64,000 nucleotides of DNA from Mustelus asterias (Eukaryota). The stretch is from the NCBI RefSeq assembly GCF_964213995.1, contig NC_135816.1:7750001-7814000 (forward strand), in the 5' to 3' direction. The notes beneath the pieces were generated by a model. The model was not told the origin of the DNA and ran no database searches. It worked only from the letters and a program-made list of their open reading frames with translations. Shown piece by piece: positions 13,129 to 27,790 of the stretch. The position numbers and the translations under genes are program-made. How positions within the stretch are numbered: position 1 is the stretch's first letter; each line of letters opens with the position of its first letter.

Positions 13129-13395
13129 GGCGGTACGGTGGCACAGTGGTTAGCGCTGGTGCCTCACAACGCCAGGGATGTAGGGCTGTTTCCCAGCTTG
13201 GGTCACTGTCTGTTGGAGTTTGCACGTTCTCCCCATGTCTGCGTGGGTTTCCTCTGTGTGCTCCGGTTTCCTCCCACAATTCGAAATGGTTAGCTGCATT
13301 TACCTGAATGACGCCGGAGTGTGTGACTAGGGGAATTTCACAGTAACTTCATTGTAGTGTAATGTAATCCTTACTTATGACTAATAAATAAACGT
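13129..13395 (+). mobile_element. V-SINE (HE1-like head and V domain)
   Basis: ggcggtacggtggcacagtggttagc tRNA-like head and ggagtttgcacgttctcccc..gtgggtttcc V domain. The tail is shared with a minus-strand fragment at ~5425-5540. Confidence 0.75.
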
Positions 13396-13924
13396 TACTT
13401 AGTTAGACAATTACGTTGTACAACTTAATTTGCTATGAGTTGAACACCAATGCATTATACACATCTCTGAATTTTCGATTTGTCCTCTTTCGCACTCTTG
13501 ACGCTGTTTGGATGCCTTCCTTGGGTGATCAGCGATCGTTCCAGTGTTTAAGTTTCTTTCTTGCTGTGTATAAAGTATTTACGTTTCCATGGTTTGCACA
13601 GTGTTACTGTGTTACTATATGTGCTTTCTTATTTGTTTCATATCTTGCATACTACAGACGCATTTATGATATGGTGCAAGTCGGGCAGAAAATAGTTAAA
13701 TTTCTTTCAACTCACTACATTACGTATAAGTTGTCCCTGAAATATTATAACATTATTGGAGCTTATCCATGCAATCCATAAACGTGATGTGCAGTGGAGA
13801 TCAGAGCAAACTCCTTGAGAAAGTCAGCACCGAACTTTGGACACTAAGCTAATTCTCATTCCGGCTGGATAATGTGCAACTTATTCCATGAGCATTAGAT
13901 TCCACTCCCTAGCTCATTGTGGGC

Positions 13925-14600
13925 TGGTCAAACTCCAACGAGTAAAGACCCAGAGTCCTCAACCGTTCCTCAAACGACAAGCTCTTCATTTCAGGGATCA
14001 TTCTTGCGAACCTCCTCTGGACCCTTTCCAAGGCCAGCACATCCTTCCTAAGATATGGGGCCCAAAAGTGCTCACAATACTTCAAATGGGGTCTGACCAG
14101 CGCCTTATACAGCCTCAGAAGGACATCCCTGCTCTTGTATTCTCGCCCTCTCGACATGAATGCTAACGTTGCATTTGCCTTCCTAACTGCCGACTGAACC
14201 TGCATGTTAATCTTAAGAGAATCTTGAACAATGACTCCCAAGTCTCTTTGTGTTTCTGATTTTCTAAGCATCTTCCTATTTAGAAAATAGTCCATGCCTC
14301 CATTTCTCCTTCCAAAGTGCCAAACCTCACACTTTTCCACATTGTATTCCATCTGCCACTTCTTTGCCCACTCTCCGAGCCTGTCCAATTCTTTCTGCAG
14401 CTCCCCTGCTTTCTCAATACTACCTGTCCCGCTACATATCTTTGTATCATCTGCAAACATAGCAACAGTGCCTTCAGTTCCTTCCTCCAAATCGTTAATT
14501 TATATTGTGAAATGTTGTGGTCCCAGCACTGACCCCTGAGGCACACCACTGGTCACCGGCTGCCATCCTGAAAAATACCCCTTTATCCCCACTCTCTGCC
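13925..14600 (-). mobile_element. CR1/HER1-like LINE RT fragment
   Basis: ORF 13909..14490: FADDTK, WQMEYNVEKC, LVRPHL, LERVQRR. Confidence 0.9.
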
Positions 14601-15234
14601 AACCTCAACCAACCAGTACGCTATCACCAGTAAAAGGCCTTAATTAGTCACAGAACATCAAAACAACTCGTTTTCTAAGTTTCCTCAGTGCTCTGATTAT
14701 GGACGATCTATAGATTCCTACAAAATAATTACGCATTTCAGTGAGATTGTGACAAATTAGAGCAATCCAAATAAACCTCCAAAGTCCTGTTTTAATTGAG
14801 CATGCTACCACCATTTATGTCAACTTTCAATATATCGTGAAAAGAAACTAAAATCGCAAAGGGTAGTCAGGTCTATTTCAGTTGCACGCTGTCTATTTGA
14901 CCATGGTCATGGGTTTGAATCGAGCCCAGCTGATACGTTTAAGAGCTACCGGTTTATATTGCATTAATAGAGACCGATGTGCTGTGGGGGCGCGATTGGA
15001 GATGGACTGTGGTCTCCCGTGCGCTGTCTGAAGAATCAATGAAGTTTTACACATGTTTCGGATGGAGGGGCACATCCTTTCAATAGTTTCTAACGCCCAA
15101 TTAGAAAAAAATCTGGCTAAATCACTGATTCGCTGTTGACACTAAGATAATTAAAATTTACTGGTTTTGAAATTTCTATGAAACCTCAACGTAATTTAGA
15201 GGAAGTTTGTCTGTAGCCCAATGATAGCAGAATC

Positions 15235-15562
15235 ATACAATAATATAATCCCTACAGTTTAGAAGGAGTCCATTCGGCCCATCGAGCTTGCACGAACAAC
15301 AATCTCACTCAGGCCCTATCCCGTAACCCCAAGTATTTACCCTGCCCTCCCCCCGACACGAACGGGAATTTTTTTTTCTGCCAATCCACCTGATCTGTAC
15401 GTCATTGAACTGTGTGAGAAAACCGGAACACCCGGAGGAAACCCACGCAGGCAAGGGGAGAGAACGTGCAAACTCCACACAGACAGTGGCCCGAGGCTAG
15501 AATTGAGCCGTGACCCTGGCGCTGTGAGGCAATAGTGCTAACCACTGTGCCACTATGCCACC
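15235..15562 (-). mobile_element. HE1-like V-SINE
   Basis: Reverse complement of the tRNA-like head and V domain (ggaggaaacccacgcag..gcaaactccacacagacagt), with a CR1-like tail. Confidence 0.75.
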
Positions 15563-16727
15563 CACTGATTTTTTTGTGTGCTTCGCAATCGCGTAGCCAC
15601 CTATATTCAGCGTTGTGTTATCAGATTTTTCTTGATACATATCCAAGACTGTTGTTGGTCACAACCAAAACAGTTCTTAATTCCTTCATCGCAGTCTCAG
15701 CACTTGCAAAACTGTCCGTTTTGCATCAAAGTTGCGTCAACGCACAACTGGAAAGTTGCAGTTTTTGGATTTCATGTACTGAAATTGCAATGCATTGCAA
15801 AAAAATTACAAACATGAATAGGCCTATTAGGCGCTTGTTTCACCTCAATGCCGTGCAACTTTGTAGGATTTGAGAAACAATGGAATATGTGCCTGCCCAA
15901 TTTAATTACGCATCTCATTTTTAGGGTAGTTCGTTAGGGTAGGTTGAGCAAGGTAGGTTGTTCTTTCTGCTCTCTGTTAATGTTAACACTGAATCAATTC
16001 TTAGCCACATTTCACTGAGCAAAGTAGATGTGTTTACACATCCCGACAGAGTTCTTTTTTTTCGGAAAGCTGAGCATTGAATTGGCCACTTTTCTCATCA
16101 CTATGATTTGGCGCAGGTTGCAAATCAACTTATCCACCCCTCCGCTCCATATACCGAGGTGCCTTCTCGCTGACGAATGATAATACCATAATCAAAATGA
16201 TACACTAAATTACTACAACTCCAACTGATAACTTCTCTCCTATCGCCACACTATATTCCTTAGAACGAATACAAGCTTTTCGTCCATATATTAACAAGAT
16301 TATTTATAAATGCATATCATCATGGATATTTACATAATTAATCAAGTTCAGCTAGACTTCACAGTTCGAGCAGAATCAGTAAGTAGATGCCAAGCGGAAT
16401 GCCATTCGACCTATGCAGTTTTCTGCGTTATGTTTATAGTTCGATTTTACGCGTAACAACGCGATCTTACAATGTATGAATTCTGCTGAGTGAAGTGGAG
16501 GAGGATGGAGGTGATTATAGGGATGGGGCCGAATTACGAATCTAAAAACCGGCAAGTTATCAACCTTACAACACAGCACATTGTGACACACAGTTTGGAC
16601 GCTGGATTCGCCATGTGAACTGAAGAAACAGGATACATAAGTTCTTGTTAGAAATCCATAAGGGATTATTTTAATGGATACCTGTGGATCCAGTCAGAGC
16701 CTGGACTGTTCATTACTAGGATCTCAC

Positions 16728-19199
16728 CTTATCAGTTATCGTGTTCCTATTGTTTGCAGACTTTGCTTGCAGTGCGCTTTCTTCTCTCCCCGGTGTTGCA
16801 CGACAGAAATAATCATTCCCTGTGGATGAGGTGCAAAGTTTGGAAAACAGGGCATCCCTTTGGGAAGAATTTAAAGTTGAACAGGTCTCATAACGGAAAC
16901 TTTGTGAAAGTGGATCCCCTCCAAATACTTCAACATAGTTAGGAGGTATTTGAATGTTTCGACTGGCTTTTTGAATCCCATTCAGCGAATTTCTTGCATC
17001 AAAGCAGCAACAGATATCCACATGACAACGGCGATCGTCAAAACCATGTCTGCGCTGATGAACCTTGACAGCCAGGATAATTAATACCACCAGAAAAATC
17101 GACGAGAGAATCCCTAAAGATATGACTAAATAAATACTGATGTCAGAAGTCAACCCAAAATTCCCTGATAAGTTACTTGCAACAGACGACATTTCTGTAT
17201 CGTCCTCCACAACCGTCAAGGCAATAGTTACCGTAGCGGATAGGAATGGTGTTCCATTATCCTTCACCAAGATGAGCAACTTTTGCCTTTTGCTATCGCT
17301 CTTGACTATTCGACGGGTTGTCCAGATTTCCCCAGTGTCGGTAGAAATAGTAAAAAGACCAGGATCTGTAGCTTGACGAATCTGATAAGAAAGTTGAGCA
17401 TTTCGACCCGTGTCCGCGTCGTTGGCCGATACCTTAGCAACTAAGTACCCAGGTTCAGCGAAACGGGACATTGTTTCCATCACGGTTGAACCAAACTCGG
17501 GCAATGGATGGACAATCACTGGGGCATGGTCATTCTGATCCAGGATGACAAAATCCACCGAAACCTCGCTGGCGAGTGCTGGGTCTCCAGAGTCTTGAAC
17601 CTGAACCTGGATTTGAAAGTTTTTAAGGTGCTCGTAATCGAACGATCGCTGAGAAAATATGATACCACTGCTCGAGTTAATGTGGACATAAGAGGACGCC
17701 AGAACACCCTGAATCTGTGTCTCAAGGATAGAGTAGGATAATCGAGAGTTCTGATTTAAATCAGGATCAAAGGCTGTGACTTGAAAAATGGAAGTCCCGA
17801 TAACATTATTCTCCATTATATAAGCAGTATACGATGGCTGCGTGAAGCGTGGGGGGTTGTCGTTTACATCGGAAATCTCCACCAGGACTGCTTTGTTGGA
17901 AATTAGCGGAGGGTTTCCCCCATCCCTGCACGTGACAGTAACGTCATACTTAGAGGCATCTTCGCGGTCCAGCTGCCGCTGCGTGAGCAATCTGTAATAG
18001 TTTTTTAAAGATAGGTCAAGCTTGAAGGGAAGGTTCTCTGAGATTTCACATGCTACTTGCCCATTTTGTCCCGAATCTTTATCAGCTGCGTTGAGCAGAG
18101 CAACTACGGTGCCCGGCTGCGCATCTTCACTAACTGGACTGGACAAAGACGTCAAAGTCACTTCAGGGGCATTATCGTTAACATCAATAATATCCACCAC
18201 AACATCACAATACACGGGCATTGCGTTCGGACCCTTGTCAATAGCTTGCACGTTAATGGCGAATACACTGCTCTCTTCATAGTCCAAAAGACCTTGAACT
18301 GTGATTTCGCAATTTTTGGAATTCATACTGAACAGTTCAGACACTCTGACTGCTGTCCGGCTGCTGAATGAATATTCTATTTCTGCGTTAGGGCCAGCGT
18401 CCAGATCAGTAGCATTTAACTTGATTACTGCAGTTCCTTTGGGTGAGTTTTCTAACAGCCTGACCCTATAAGCCGCCTGAGGGAAAACAGGAGCGTTGTC
18501 GTTAGCATCCTGGACCAGGACGGTGATTTGAGCAGTACCCGACCATTCAGGAGATCCTCCGTCCTTGGCTATCAGCACCAGACTGTGGGCTGAGTGCATT
18601 TCTCTATCCAGAGGCCTTTCCAGCACCAGAACTGGAATCTTCCCCACTCCACTGCGCGTCTGGACATCCAGGGCGAAATAATCGTTCGGGTGGAGCTGGT
18701 AGGTTTGCACGGAATTGCTTCCTACGTCTGGATCGTGCGCAGACTCGAGGGGGAAGCGGGCTCCAGGCGCAGCAAGCTCTGAGATTTCAAGGTGAAGCTC
18801 GCCCTTTGGAAATCTGGGAGCATTGTCATTTACATCCAGAATCTCCACTTCAACGTGGTACAAATTGAGGGGGTTCTGAATCACAGCCTCCAAGGACAGC
18901 ACACAATGGAGGCTAGATTCGCAAAGCTGTTCTCTGTCTATTTTTTCCTTCACAAAGAAACTTCCATTATCTAAATTTACCTCCAAATACTGTTTCCTGG
19001 CACCGGCCACGATCCGCAAACTGCGAGCCGAGAGCTGCTTTATATTTAAACCCAAATCGGCTGCGATATTCCCAACAAAGGCGCCCAGTTGCAGTTCCTC
19101 AGGAATCGAGTAACGAATCTGCCCAGAAATTAGATCGCAGGAGAACAAAATGTAGAACAATGGTTGCCATTTTAGCAACCAAATTATTTTATTTCGCAT
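16728..19199 (-). CDS. Clustered protocadherin variable exon 3
   Basis: ORF 16716..19220 has six EC repeats plus TM. ATG (MRNK) at 19199; donor AAG|GTGAGA at 16728/16727. Confidence 0.95.
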
Positions 19200-19441
19200 T
19201 TCCACGATTCCACATTCCAAAGATTTCAGGGCGAGGCGGCACCGTTTAAAATCGCTGTAACAGTTAAGTGGATATCTTTCCTTAACATGAACGAACTGAT
19301 TGTGCGGCAGGTCCTCTGCGTCTTTTGAGAATCGCCGAGGTTACTTCGTCAAATCGTCTCATTTCGGCGAAAATTACCGGTGAAACATTGCAGCTCGCAA
19401 TCCAGTGTACACTGGTCTGATGTGAGGAGATGGAGGATGGT

Positions 19442-19594
19442 AGGGGGTTGTCCGGATCACCAATCGCATTTTAGCCTCTGATTGGCTGCCAGGCGAACAG
19501 TCGTATTCATCCAATAAGAATACTATTGAGTTCTTAAAGCGATGACATCTTATTACAGGCAGCATATTTGCAATTATAGTTGTTCAATGGAAAA
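19442..19594 (-). promoter_or_regulatory. Conserved variable-exon promoter cassette (exon 3)
   Basis: AGGGGGTTGTCCGGATC 19442, ATTGG 19481, CCAAT 19511, CTTAAAGC 19533, AATTATAGTTGTTCAATGGAAAA 19572. Confidence 0.75.
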
Positions 19595-21889
19595 TCGAAA
19601 CGGGTGTTCAATTTCGCATTTTTTTACAGTTGTTTCACTTTTTGCGGAAACAAAATTAGACAACAGGTTTACTTAAATGTCTTAAGAGTCTGCACGCCAG
19701 AATCACCGTGAAAATTACGTTCCAAGTGAATGTGTAACCGAGCGACAGTGCAGGGAGTCATGTTAAGTTCTAAATTGCTCACTTATTCGTTTACTATTCA
19801 GTAATTTTCCTGTAGTTTTGTTCCTTGTAATTTATGTTTGACTTAATGTGTGACTAATGAAATTCAAATCCCGGAGAGGTTGGGCGGTGTAATTTGTTAG
19901 CACACACTTTTTCACATTGTGGTCATGCATTTGAATCCAGCCTATTCTGATTGGATAGAAGTAGCCAATCATACAAGTGTGTCAAAATATATCTCTCATT
20001 CCCTTCACTCTGCCAACAATGCTTGCATTTCGGAATTTGTGAGTTCCCGTATTGCTGCGTCCCGATTGAATCATTGAATTCGCCACATATGTTAACAATT
20101 AACTGAGTGTCTATTTTTCCAGCCGAAACTCAACCACGTGGCAATGTTGAGTGCATTCCTATGATCCAGTTATTTACTCCCTTTAAGATACAACGATCAT
20201 AATGCAATTGTGGCAAGCTATGTCTACTTGATGTAAACATCCTGAGAACGCACAGTCAAATCACTTTTTGGAATTTACTTATAAAAACAGATGATGCTGG
20301 AAATACTGAGCATGTCAGACAACATTTGTGTCGAGAACAAAATAGAGTTAATGTTTAGCTTGTTGACCTCTCATTAGACTGGTAATGCTTAGATATTCAA
20401 CTTATATTACGCAACATCAAGGACAGGGGAAGGGTGGAGTGAGCGAAAGAAGATGAAGAATCTGTGGTAAGGTGGAAGGCAGCAAACATTAAATGACAAA
20501 AGGGATACTGAGGCAAATATAGATTGTGGATCAGATGGAAGATAGGTGGAGAGGAAGCGATAGAAACATTATTACCAGCAACTGCGCTTTAAAACAAGTG
20601 GGATCAATAGTTTTAGTGTCATATTATTGTAAATTACTTCTACCCAAATAAACATTAGGCCCCGGAGCTACATATATTTGACCGTTTTTACTCCAACATG
20701 GATGGAATCTGCATCCCTCCCTTTATTGCATTGTGTGGATCTGTTTCACAATTTCATTCAGCAATCAATCGGGGTAGATCAGTACTTCATAGAAGCTAAT
20801 CAGCAATTTCTCAGATGTTACATCTCGATATTCCGTTGGCATTTTCCTGTTATTTTGGACTTCGTTCAATTAGCTCGACAGACGTTGTTTTGATTTCAGA
20901 AGCTACTGTAACCTGAAACTCTGACAAGGCAATGTTAAATTTTTACAAGGCAATGTGGGCAATTTTGTGGATATTGGCACACAGGAATCGTGATAATTTT
21001 ACTCGAAGCAAAAGGTAAGACTGAGCTGGTGGAACAGATGAGCCCATCAGCTCGATCTCCCTCTTGGCAGGTACACTCCTCCACCAGTACCCGTGTTGCT
21101 CAGGTTATGTTGCTTTGCCACTAACTGCATAGGTGTTTGAGTTAAGAATATAATTGGTTGTAAATGGTTATCTCAAATTGAAAAGTGAACCAACCCTGAG
21201 ACCTGACATACATCGCCACCATGAACAGAAACAAGGATAGAAAATGACATAATTATTAACCAGTGATTTCTCCAGAAGCAAAACATTATGAAATTAATTG
21301 ATGGAATATTGTATAACAATTGTGAAGCCGGCACATCACTGCTTTGCACATCAAATTTAGTTGAAGAAGAATCTAACTAGTGCATTCTTGGATATTGTTA
21401 CTGCCCAAAACTTGCAGAAAGTTTTCTAAGTCGAACACAAGAATTTCTGAAGTCATTACCACCCATTGCCATAACAGAAAAAACCCCAGAAATACCCATG
21501 TTGTTTCAGTAGGCGTGGAAAGCATACATGTGCACTTGCATGCAGTAATATCTGCTACTTTTGCGCAGCGTCAGTGCGCAGAGAATTTAGAAATGAAGTT
21601 AGTCAGTTGATCACACTTTTGCTCGTCAAGTCGGAGGAAGAAAAAGATAGGACAGGAACCCAGAGAGATTGGGAAAATTCAGTAGACAAAAACCTTGGCA
21701 AATATACAGATGAAGACAAAGAGACAGAGTGCAAATAAACTCGGGTTCACTCAGCCAACACCTATGAGGCCGTCGGATTCGAGTACATCCGACAAAACAA
21801 CACAAAACTCAAGAACAAGTCTGAAAATCTATGCACCTGTGCCTCAATAGAGATGGTTGCCAAACAACACCATCTACTCGGGATATTGA

Positions 21890-23885
21890 GGCGTTGGTCA
21901 AGAAGAAGAAAGAGGCACATGACGTGCATAGGTAGCTAGGATCAAGTGAATCTCTTGAAGAGTATAGGGGGTGTAAGAGTAGAGTTAAGAGAGAAATCAG
22001 GAGGGCAAAAAGGGGACACGAAATTGTTTTGGCAGATAAGGCAAAGGAGAATCCAAAGAGCTTCTACAAATACATAAAGGGCAAAAGAGTAACAAGGGAG
22101 AGAGTAGGGCCTCTTATGGATCAACAAGGAAATCTATGTGCGGATCCACAAAAGATGGGTGAGATCCGAAATGAATATTTCTCATCAGTATTTACTGTTG
22201 AGAAAAGCATGGATGTTGGCGAATTGGGGAATTAAATATTGATGTTTTGAGGAGTGTGCATATTACAGAGAAGGAGGTGCTGGAAGTCTTAAAGCACATC
22301 AAGGTAGATAAACCTGCAGGACCTGATTAGGTATATCCCAGGACATTGTGGGAGGCTAGGGAGCAAATTGCGGGTCCCCTAGCCGAGATATTTGAATCAT
22401 CGATAGTCACAGGTGAGGTGCCTGAAGATTGCAGAGTGGCAAATGTTGTGCCTTTGTTTAAAAAGGGCTGCAGGGAAAAGCCTGGGAACTACAGGCCAGT
22501 TCGCCTCACATCTGTGGTGGGTAAATTGTTGGAAGGTATTTTGAGATACAGGATCTACACGTATTTAGAGAAGCAAGGACTGATTAAGGACAGTCAGCAT
22601 GGCTTTGTGAGTGGAAAATCATGTCTCACAAATTTGATTGACTTTTTTGAAGGGGTAACCAAGAAGGTAGATTAGGGCAGTGCAGCTGATGTTGTCTACA
22701 TGGACTTTAGCAAGGCCTTTGACAAGGTGCCGCATAGTAGGTTGTTGCATAAAGTTAAATCTCATGGGATCCAGGGTGTGGTATCTAAATGGATACAAAA
22801 TTGGCTTCCTGACCGAAGCCAGAGGGTGGTTGCAGAGAGTTGTTTTTCAACCTGGAGGCCTGTGACTAGCGCTGTGCCTCAGGGATCAGTGCTGGGCCCA
22901 CTGTTATTTGTCATTTATATTAATGATTTGGATGAGAATATAGGGGGCATGGTTAGTACGTTTGCAGATGACACCAAGATTGGGGCATGGTGGATAGTGA
23001 GGAAGGTTATCTCCAATTGCAGTGGGATCTTGATCAATTGGGCCAGTGGGCTGACGAATGGCACATGGAGTTTAATTTAGATAAATGCGAGGTAATGCAT
23101 TTTGGTAGGTTGAACCAGGGCAGGACTTACTCAGTTAATGGTAGGGCGTTGGGGAGAGTTACAGAACAAAGAGATCTAGGGGTACATGTTCATAGCTCCT
23201 TGAAAGTGGAGTCTCAGGTGGACAGAGTGGTGAAGACATTCGGCATGCTTGGTTTCATCTGTCAGAACATTGAATACAGGAGTTGGGACGTCTTGTTGGA
23301 GTTGTAAAATACATTGGTTAGGCCACACTTGGAATACTGTGTGCAATTCTGGTCACCCTATTATAGGAAGGATATTATTAAACTAGAAAGAGTGCAGAAA
23401 AGATTTACTAGGATGCTACCGGGACTTGATGGATTGCGTTATAAGGAGAGGCTGAATAGACTGGGACTTTTTTCTCTCGGGCAAAGGAGGCTGAGGGGTG
23501 ACCTTCTCGAGGTCTATAAAATAATGAGGGGCATAGACAAGCTAGATAGTCAATATCGTTTCCCAAATGTAGGGGAGTCTAAAACTAGAGAGTATAGGTT
23601 TAAGGTGAGAGGGGAGAGATACAAAAGTGTCAGAGGGGCAATTTTTTCAGAGAGGGTGGTGAGTGTCTGGAACAAACTGCCAGAAGTAGTAGTAGAGGCG
23701 GGTAAAATTTTATCTTTTAAAAAGCATTCAGATAGTTGCATGGGTACGATGGATATAGAGGGATATGGGCCAAATGCGGGTAAATGGGATTAGTTTAGGG
23801 GTTTAATAAAAAAGGTCGGCATGGACAAGTTGGACCGAAGGGCCTGTTTCCATGCTGTAAATCTCTCTGACTCTATGACTCTATG
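21890..23885 (+). mobile_element. CR1/HER1-like LINE (5'-truncated, frameshifted RT)
   Basis: ORFs 22029-23793: [47 protein letters not shown]; (CTATGA)n-type tail at ~23865-23886. Confidence 0.92.
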
Positions 23886-24360
23886 AATAGAATAAATATA
23901 AACGGGTGGATGAAAATCACGCAGGTGGAGATTTGCCAATAGCGGTCAGCAGCAAAACCCAGAGCAGCACACCTGCTGCTTTGTCCACAGTTATTCTTTT
24001 CCACAGTTCTACCTCTTCCTCCGACATCTGCACACTCGGCAGCTTTATGACGACCACATTTCCGGTTTTCAGGTCACATGCTCGTCACAGACATATATCA
24101 TGACTAACCCTTTCTTTGGCCGAGTTTAACAGTTCATTAATAACGTAATAAGCTGGTTAAGATGTGTACCCTTGTTAAAGGTAATCTTAACACTTTGAAT
24201 GGTGCATCATCACAAACTAACAGAATTAGATTTTAAAAGTTCACCGTGGTTTATCTCATAAGTTTTCTGCTTATAATATACTTTGAAAAACCTGATGTCA
24301 GTGGATTCATTTCTTTCCGACAACTTATCTCTTGACTTAATGTCAGATAGATCACAAGTG

Positions 24361-24730
24361 TTGATTTGATTTTGATTTGATTTGATTTATTATTGTCACA
24401 TGTATTAACGTACAGTTAAAAGTATTGTTTCTTCCATGGCATACCGTTCATAGAGAAGGACAGGAGAGAGTGCGGAATATTGTGTTACAGTCATAGCTAG
24501 GGTGTAGAGAAAGATCAACTTAATGCAAGGTAGGTCCATTCAAAAGTCCGATGGCAGCAGGGAAGAAGCTGTTCTTGAGTCTGTTGATACGTGACCTCAG
24601 ACGTTTGTATCTTTTTCCCGACGGAAGATGGTGGAAGAGTTCGGTGTGCATGGTGTCCTTAGTTTTGCTGCCTGCTTTTCCGAGGTAGCGGGAAGTGTAG
24701 ACAGTGTCAGTGGATGGGGGCTGGTTTGTT
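24361..24730 (-). mobile_element. Rex1/Babar-type LINE 3' end inserted into relic A
   Basis: ORF 24520..24774 ends LPSGKRYKRLRSRINRLKNSFFPAAIGLLN; (TTGAT)n tail at 24361-24390. Confidence 0.6.
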
Positions 24731-24986
24731 GGGAAAGTTTTGGGAAATATTGCCTCCCTCTTGTTAGAATGCAAAGTTGAACAAGTCTCGTAACGGTAAC
24801 TTTGCCAAAGTGGATCATCCCCTCATACGTCCACACAGTTTGCGGCTATGTGACTGTTTCAGCGGACTCTTTGAATACCATTTAACAAATTCCTTTAATC
24901 GAATGAGCAACATGCTTCCCTGGCAAAGGAACGGACATGAAATTCAGTTCTGTTTTTAATCGACTTTGAATGTAAGGAAAAAAAAA

Positions 24987-26535
24987 TCAGACTGTATAGT
25001 TTATATGGATTTCAGTAAGCCTTTGACAAGGTCCCAGTTGGGGCACTGATAACGAAGGTAAAAGCATATGGGATACAAGGTAGTTTGGCAAGATGTGTCC
25101 AAAACAGGTTTCATGGTAGGAGACAGAGGCTGGTGGTAGCACACGATATGTGTGACTGAAGGCTGGTGCCCAGTGGCACACCACAGAGATCAGCGCTGGG
25201 TCTCTTATTGTTGGTGATATATATATATATATATATATAAATTATATAGATGGTAACGTGGGGATTGATAAGTAAGTTTGCGAATGACACAAAGATTGAC
25301 AGGATGATTAATAGTGAGGAAAAAGGTGTTAGGTTGTTGCAAGATATAGACGGATTGGTCAGATGGGCAGAACAGTGGCAGATTGACTTTAACCCTATTA
25401 AGATGAAGGTGATGCACTCTGCAAGGACTAACAAACGAAGGCAACACTCAATGAATGGCAGGACACTTGGAAGTCAAAGGGACAGAATGATCTTGGTGTT
25501 CTTGGGGCGACACGGTAGCGCAGTGGTTAGCACTGCGGCTTCACAGCTCCAGGGACCTGGGTTCGATTCCGGCTTTGGGTCACTGTCTGTGTGGAGTTTG
25601 CACATTCTCCTCGTGTCTGCGTGGGTTTCCTCCGTGTGCTCTGGTTTCCTCCCACAGTCCAAAGATGTGCGGGTTAGGTTGATTGGCCCTGCTAAAAAAA
25701 TTGCGCCTTAGTGTCCTGAGATGCGTAGGTTAGAGGGATTCGCGGGTAAATGTGGAGGGATATGGGGGTAGGGCCTGGGTGGGATTGTAGTCCGTGCAGA
25801 CTCGATGGGTCAGATGGCCTCTTTCTGCACTGTAGGGCTTCTATGATTCTTGCTACAGACTCCTGAAATTGGCAGGATAGGGTAATTGTGAAGGCATCCG
25901 GGACATTGGTCTTTTTCAGACATTTCATATTTTATAAGTGCAGGGAGGTTATGTTGGAGCTGTACAAAACTTTGGTTAAACCACAGCTGGAGTACAGGAT
26001 GCAGTTCTGGTCGCCTCACTATAGGAAGGATGTGATTACACTTGAGAGGGTGAAGAGGAGATTCACCAGAATGCTGCTTGGCATGAAGAATTTGAGCTTT
26101 GAAGAGACGCTGGATAGGCTCGGGTTGTTTTCTTGGGAGCAGAAAAGGCTGAGGGAGGACCTGATTGAGATGCATAACATTTTAAGGTGTATGGACGGGG
26201 TAGATAGGAAATAGCTGTTCTGATTAGCTGAGGGCTCAATAAAGAGGGGCATAATTTTAAGATGAGGGTCGGAGGTTTACAGGGGATTTGGGGAAAATAT
26301 TTTCACCCAGAGGGTAATGGGAGTCTGGCGTGCATCCCTGGGAAGGGAGTAGATATGTGAATCCTCACAACCTATAAAAGGTACATGGATGAACACTTGA
26401 AATGCCATAGCATTCAAGGCTATGGGAAGGGGCTGGAAAGTGGGATTAGTGTAGTCTTGGTGTAGTTTTGTTAGTGTAAACCCGATGGGCTGCAGAGTCT
26501 CTTCTGTGCTGCATGACTATGACTCTATGACTCTA
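24987..26535 (+). mobile_element. CR1-like LINE fragment with nested HE1-like SINE (~25504-25850) and (AT)n at ~25217-25238
   Basis: SKFANDTKI, WQIDFN, LYKTLVKPQLEY..FWSPHYRKD; gactatgactctatgactctat tail; SINE head and V domain at 25504-25680. Confidence 0.85.
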
Positions 26536-27179
26536 TTACTTCCTAAAGTTACCGAGGTATTAGCGGTAACTGCAAGGTCTACAGAGTCACGTGCTTGGAT
26601 ATGGATTTGAAAATGTTTCAGTTGTTCAGAGTCAAACTATCTGAGAAAATATGATACCAGTCTTTGCATTAATATCCATGTCACCAAAAATTCAACCATT
26701 CGGTTCTTAGTCACCATGAGACTAACTTTAAATTCCACATTCTATCAACTAAAGTTACGTTCCACCCGTTTCTGTACTAGGATTTGTTCTTAAGGCCCTA
26801 GAATTTTGCCATGGATTGATCGATTACCACTACACCCCAACAGGCCCATGCCATCAGCTACAATTTTGCCAACTAGATACTCTGGTTATGCAAATGAGGA
26901 CACTTGTTATTAATGATGATCCATGCACTAATACTAGATATTTAAATCTTAGGACATGATCGTTCGAGCAAAGGATGGTTACAATCCACTGAAACATTGC
27001 TTGAGAAAGGTTCTAGGAACAGAACATAGATCTCAACGGTTCAATTCCAGTTGCTTGTCGTTAAAAGAAAATATGGTTCTGTTTCCTGAAATGATATAGA
27101 TCCAAGTGGAAAGCAAAACTCCCCTGAAACGGGATCTGCAAGCTGGCAGTTTTGTTTGAAATTGGAACAGAAGTTCTTG

Positions 27180-27790
27180 GTGAAAATGGAAGCGCCCCAG
27201 CAGCGTTATTTTTAATCGTGGAAGGTGTTCCTAAAAGTAAGGACGTTATGCTAAACCTGCACTGAACCTTGTTTAGCCTGCACCTACTCGACGCTGCGTG
27301 CAGATCTGGTCAGCATATTGTAAAAAAGCATATAGAGGCACTTGCGAGGATGCAGAGAAGTTTTACAAGGATGATACCTGATTTGTGTATTTGTACGCAC
27401 CAGGGAAGGTGTAACAGATTGGGTCTCTTCTCTTGAAAGAAAGGTTTATGCATTTACCAAATTTCGATATCATAGATACAGAAACGTTTCTTCTGGTGGG
27501 AAAGAGCATAACTTGATGCCATCAAAGTACAACACTTGCCAAGGCATCTGGTAGGTATTCAGTAGCAACAACTTCACTCAAGAGTGGTATGAATGTGGAA
27601 CTCGATACCATCGATATGCTTGAAGTGAATACTACAGATGTGTTTAAGGAGGAACTAGATATGGAATGGGGGGAAGGAAACTAGATGGTTGGGATACTTG
27701 CTTTAGATGGGGACAAAATGGGAAGAGGCTGGAGTGGAACATAATGACAGACATGGACTGGATGGTCTGAATGGCCTGTTTCTGTGACGT
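27180..27790 (+). mobile_element. Old CR1-like LINE 3' fragment inside relic A
   Basis: Degenerate aaaagtaaggacgttatgctaaac...gcagagaag.tttacaaggatgatacctg body and gaatggcctgtttctgtg 3' end. Confidence 0.65.
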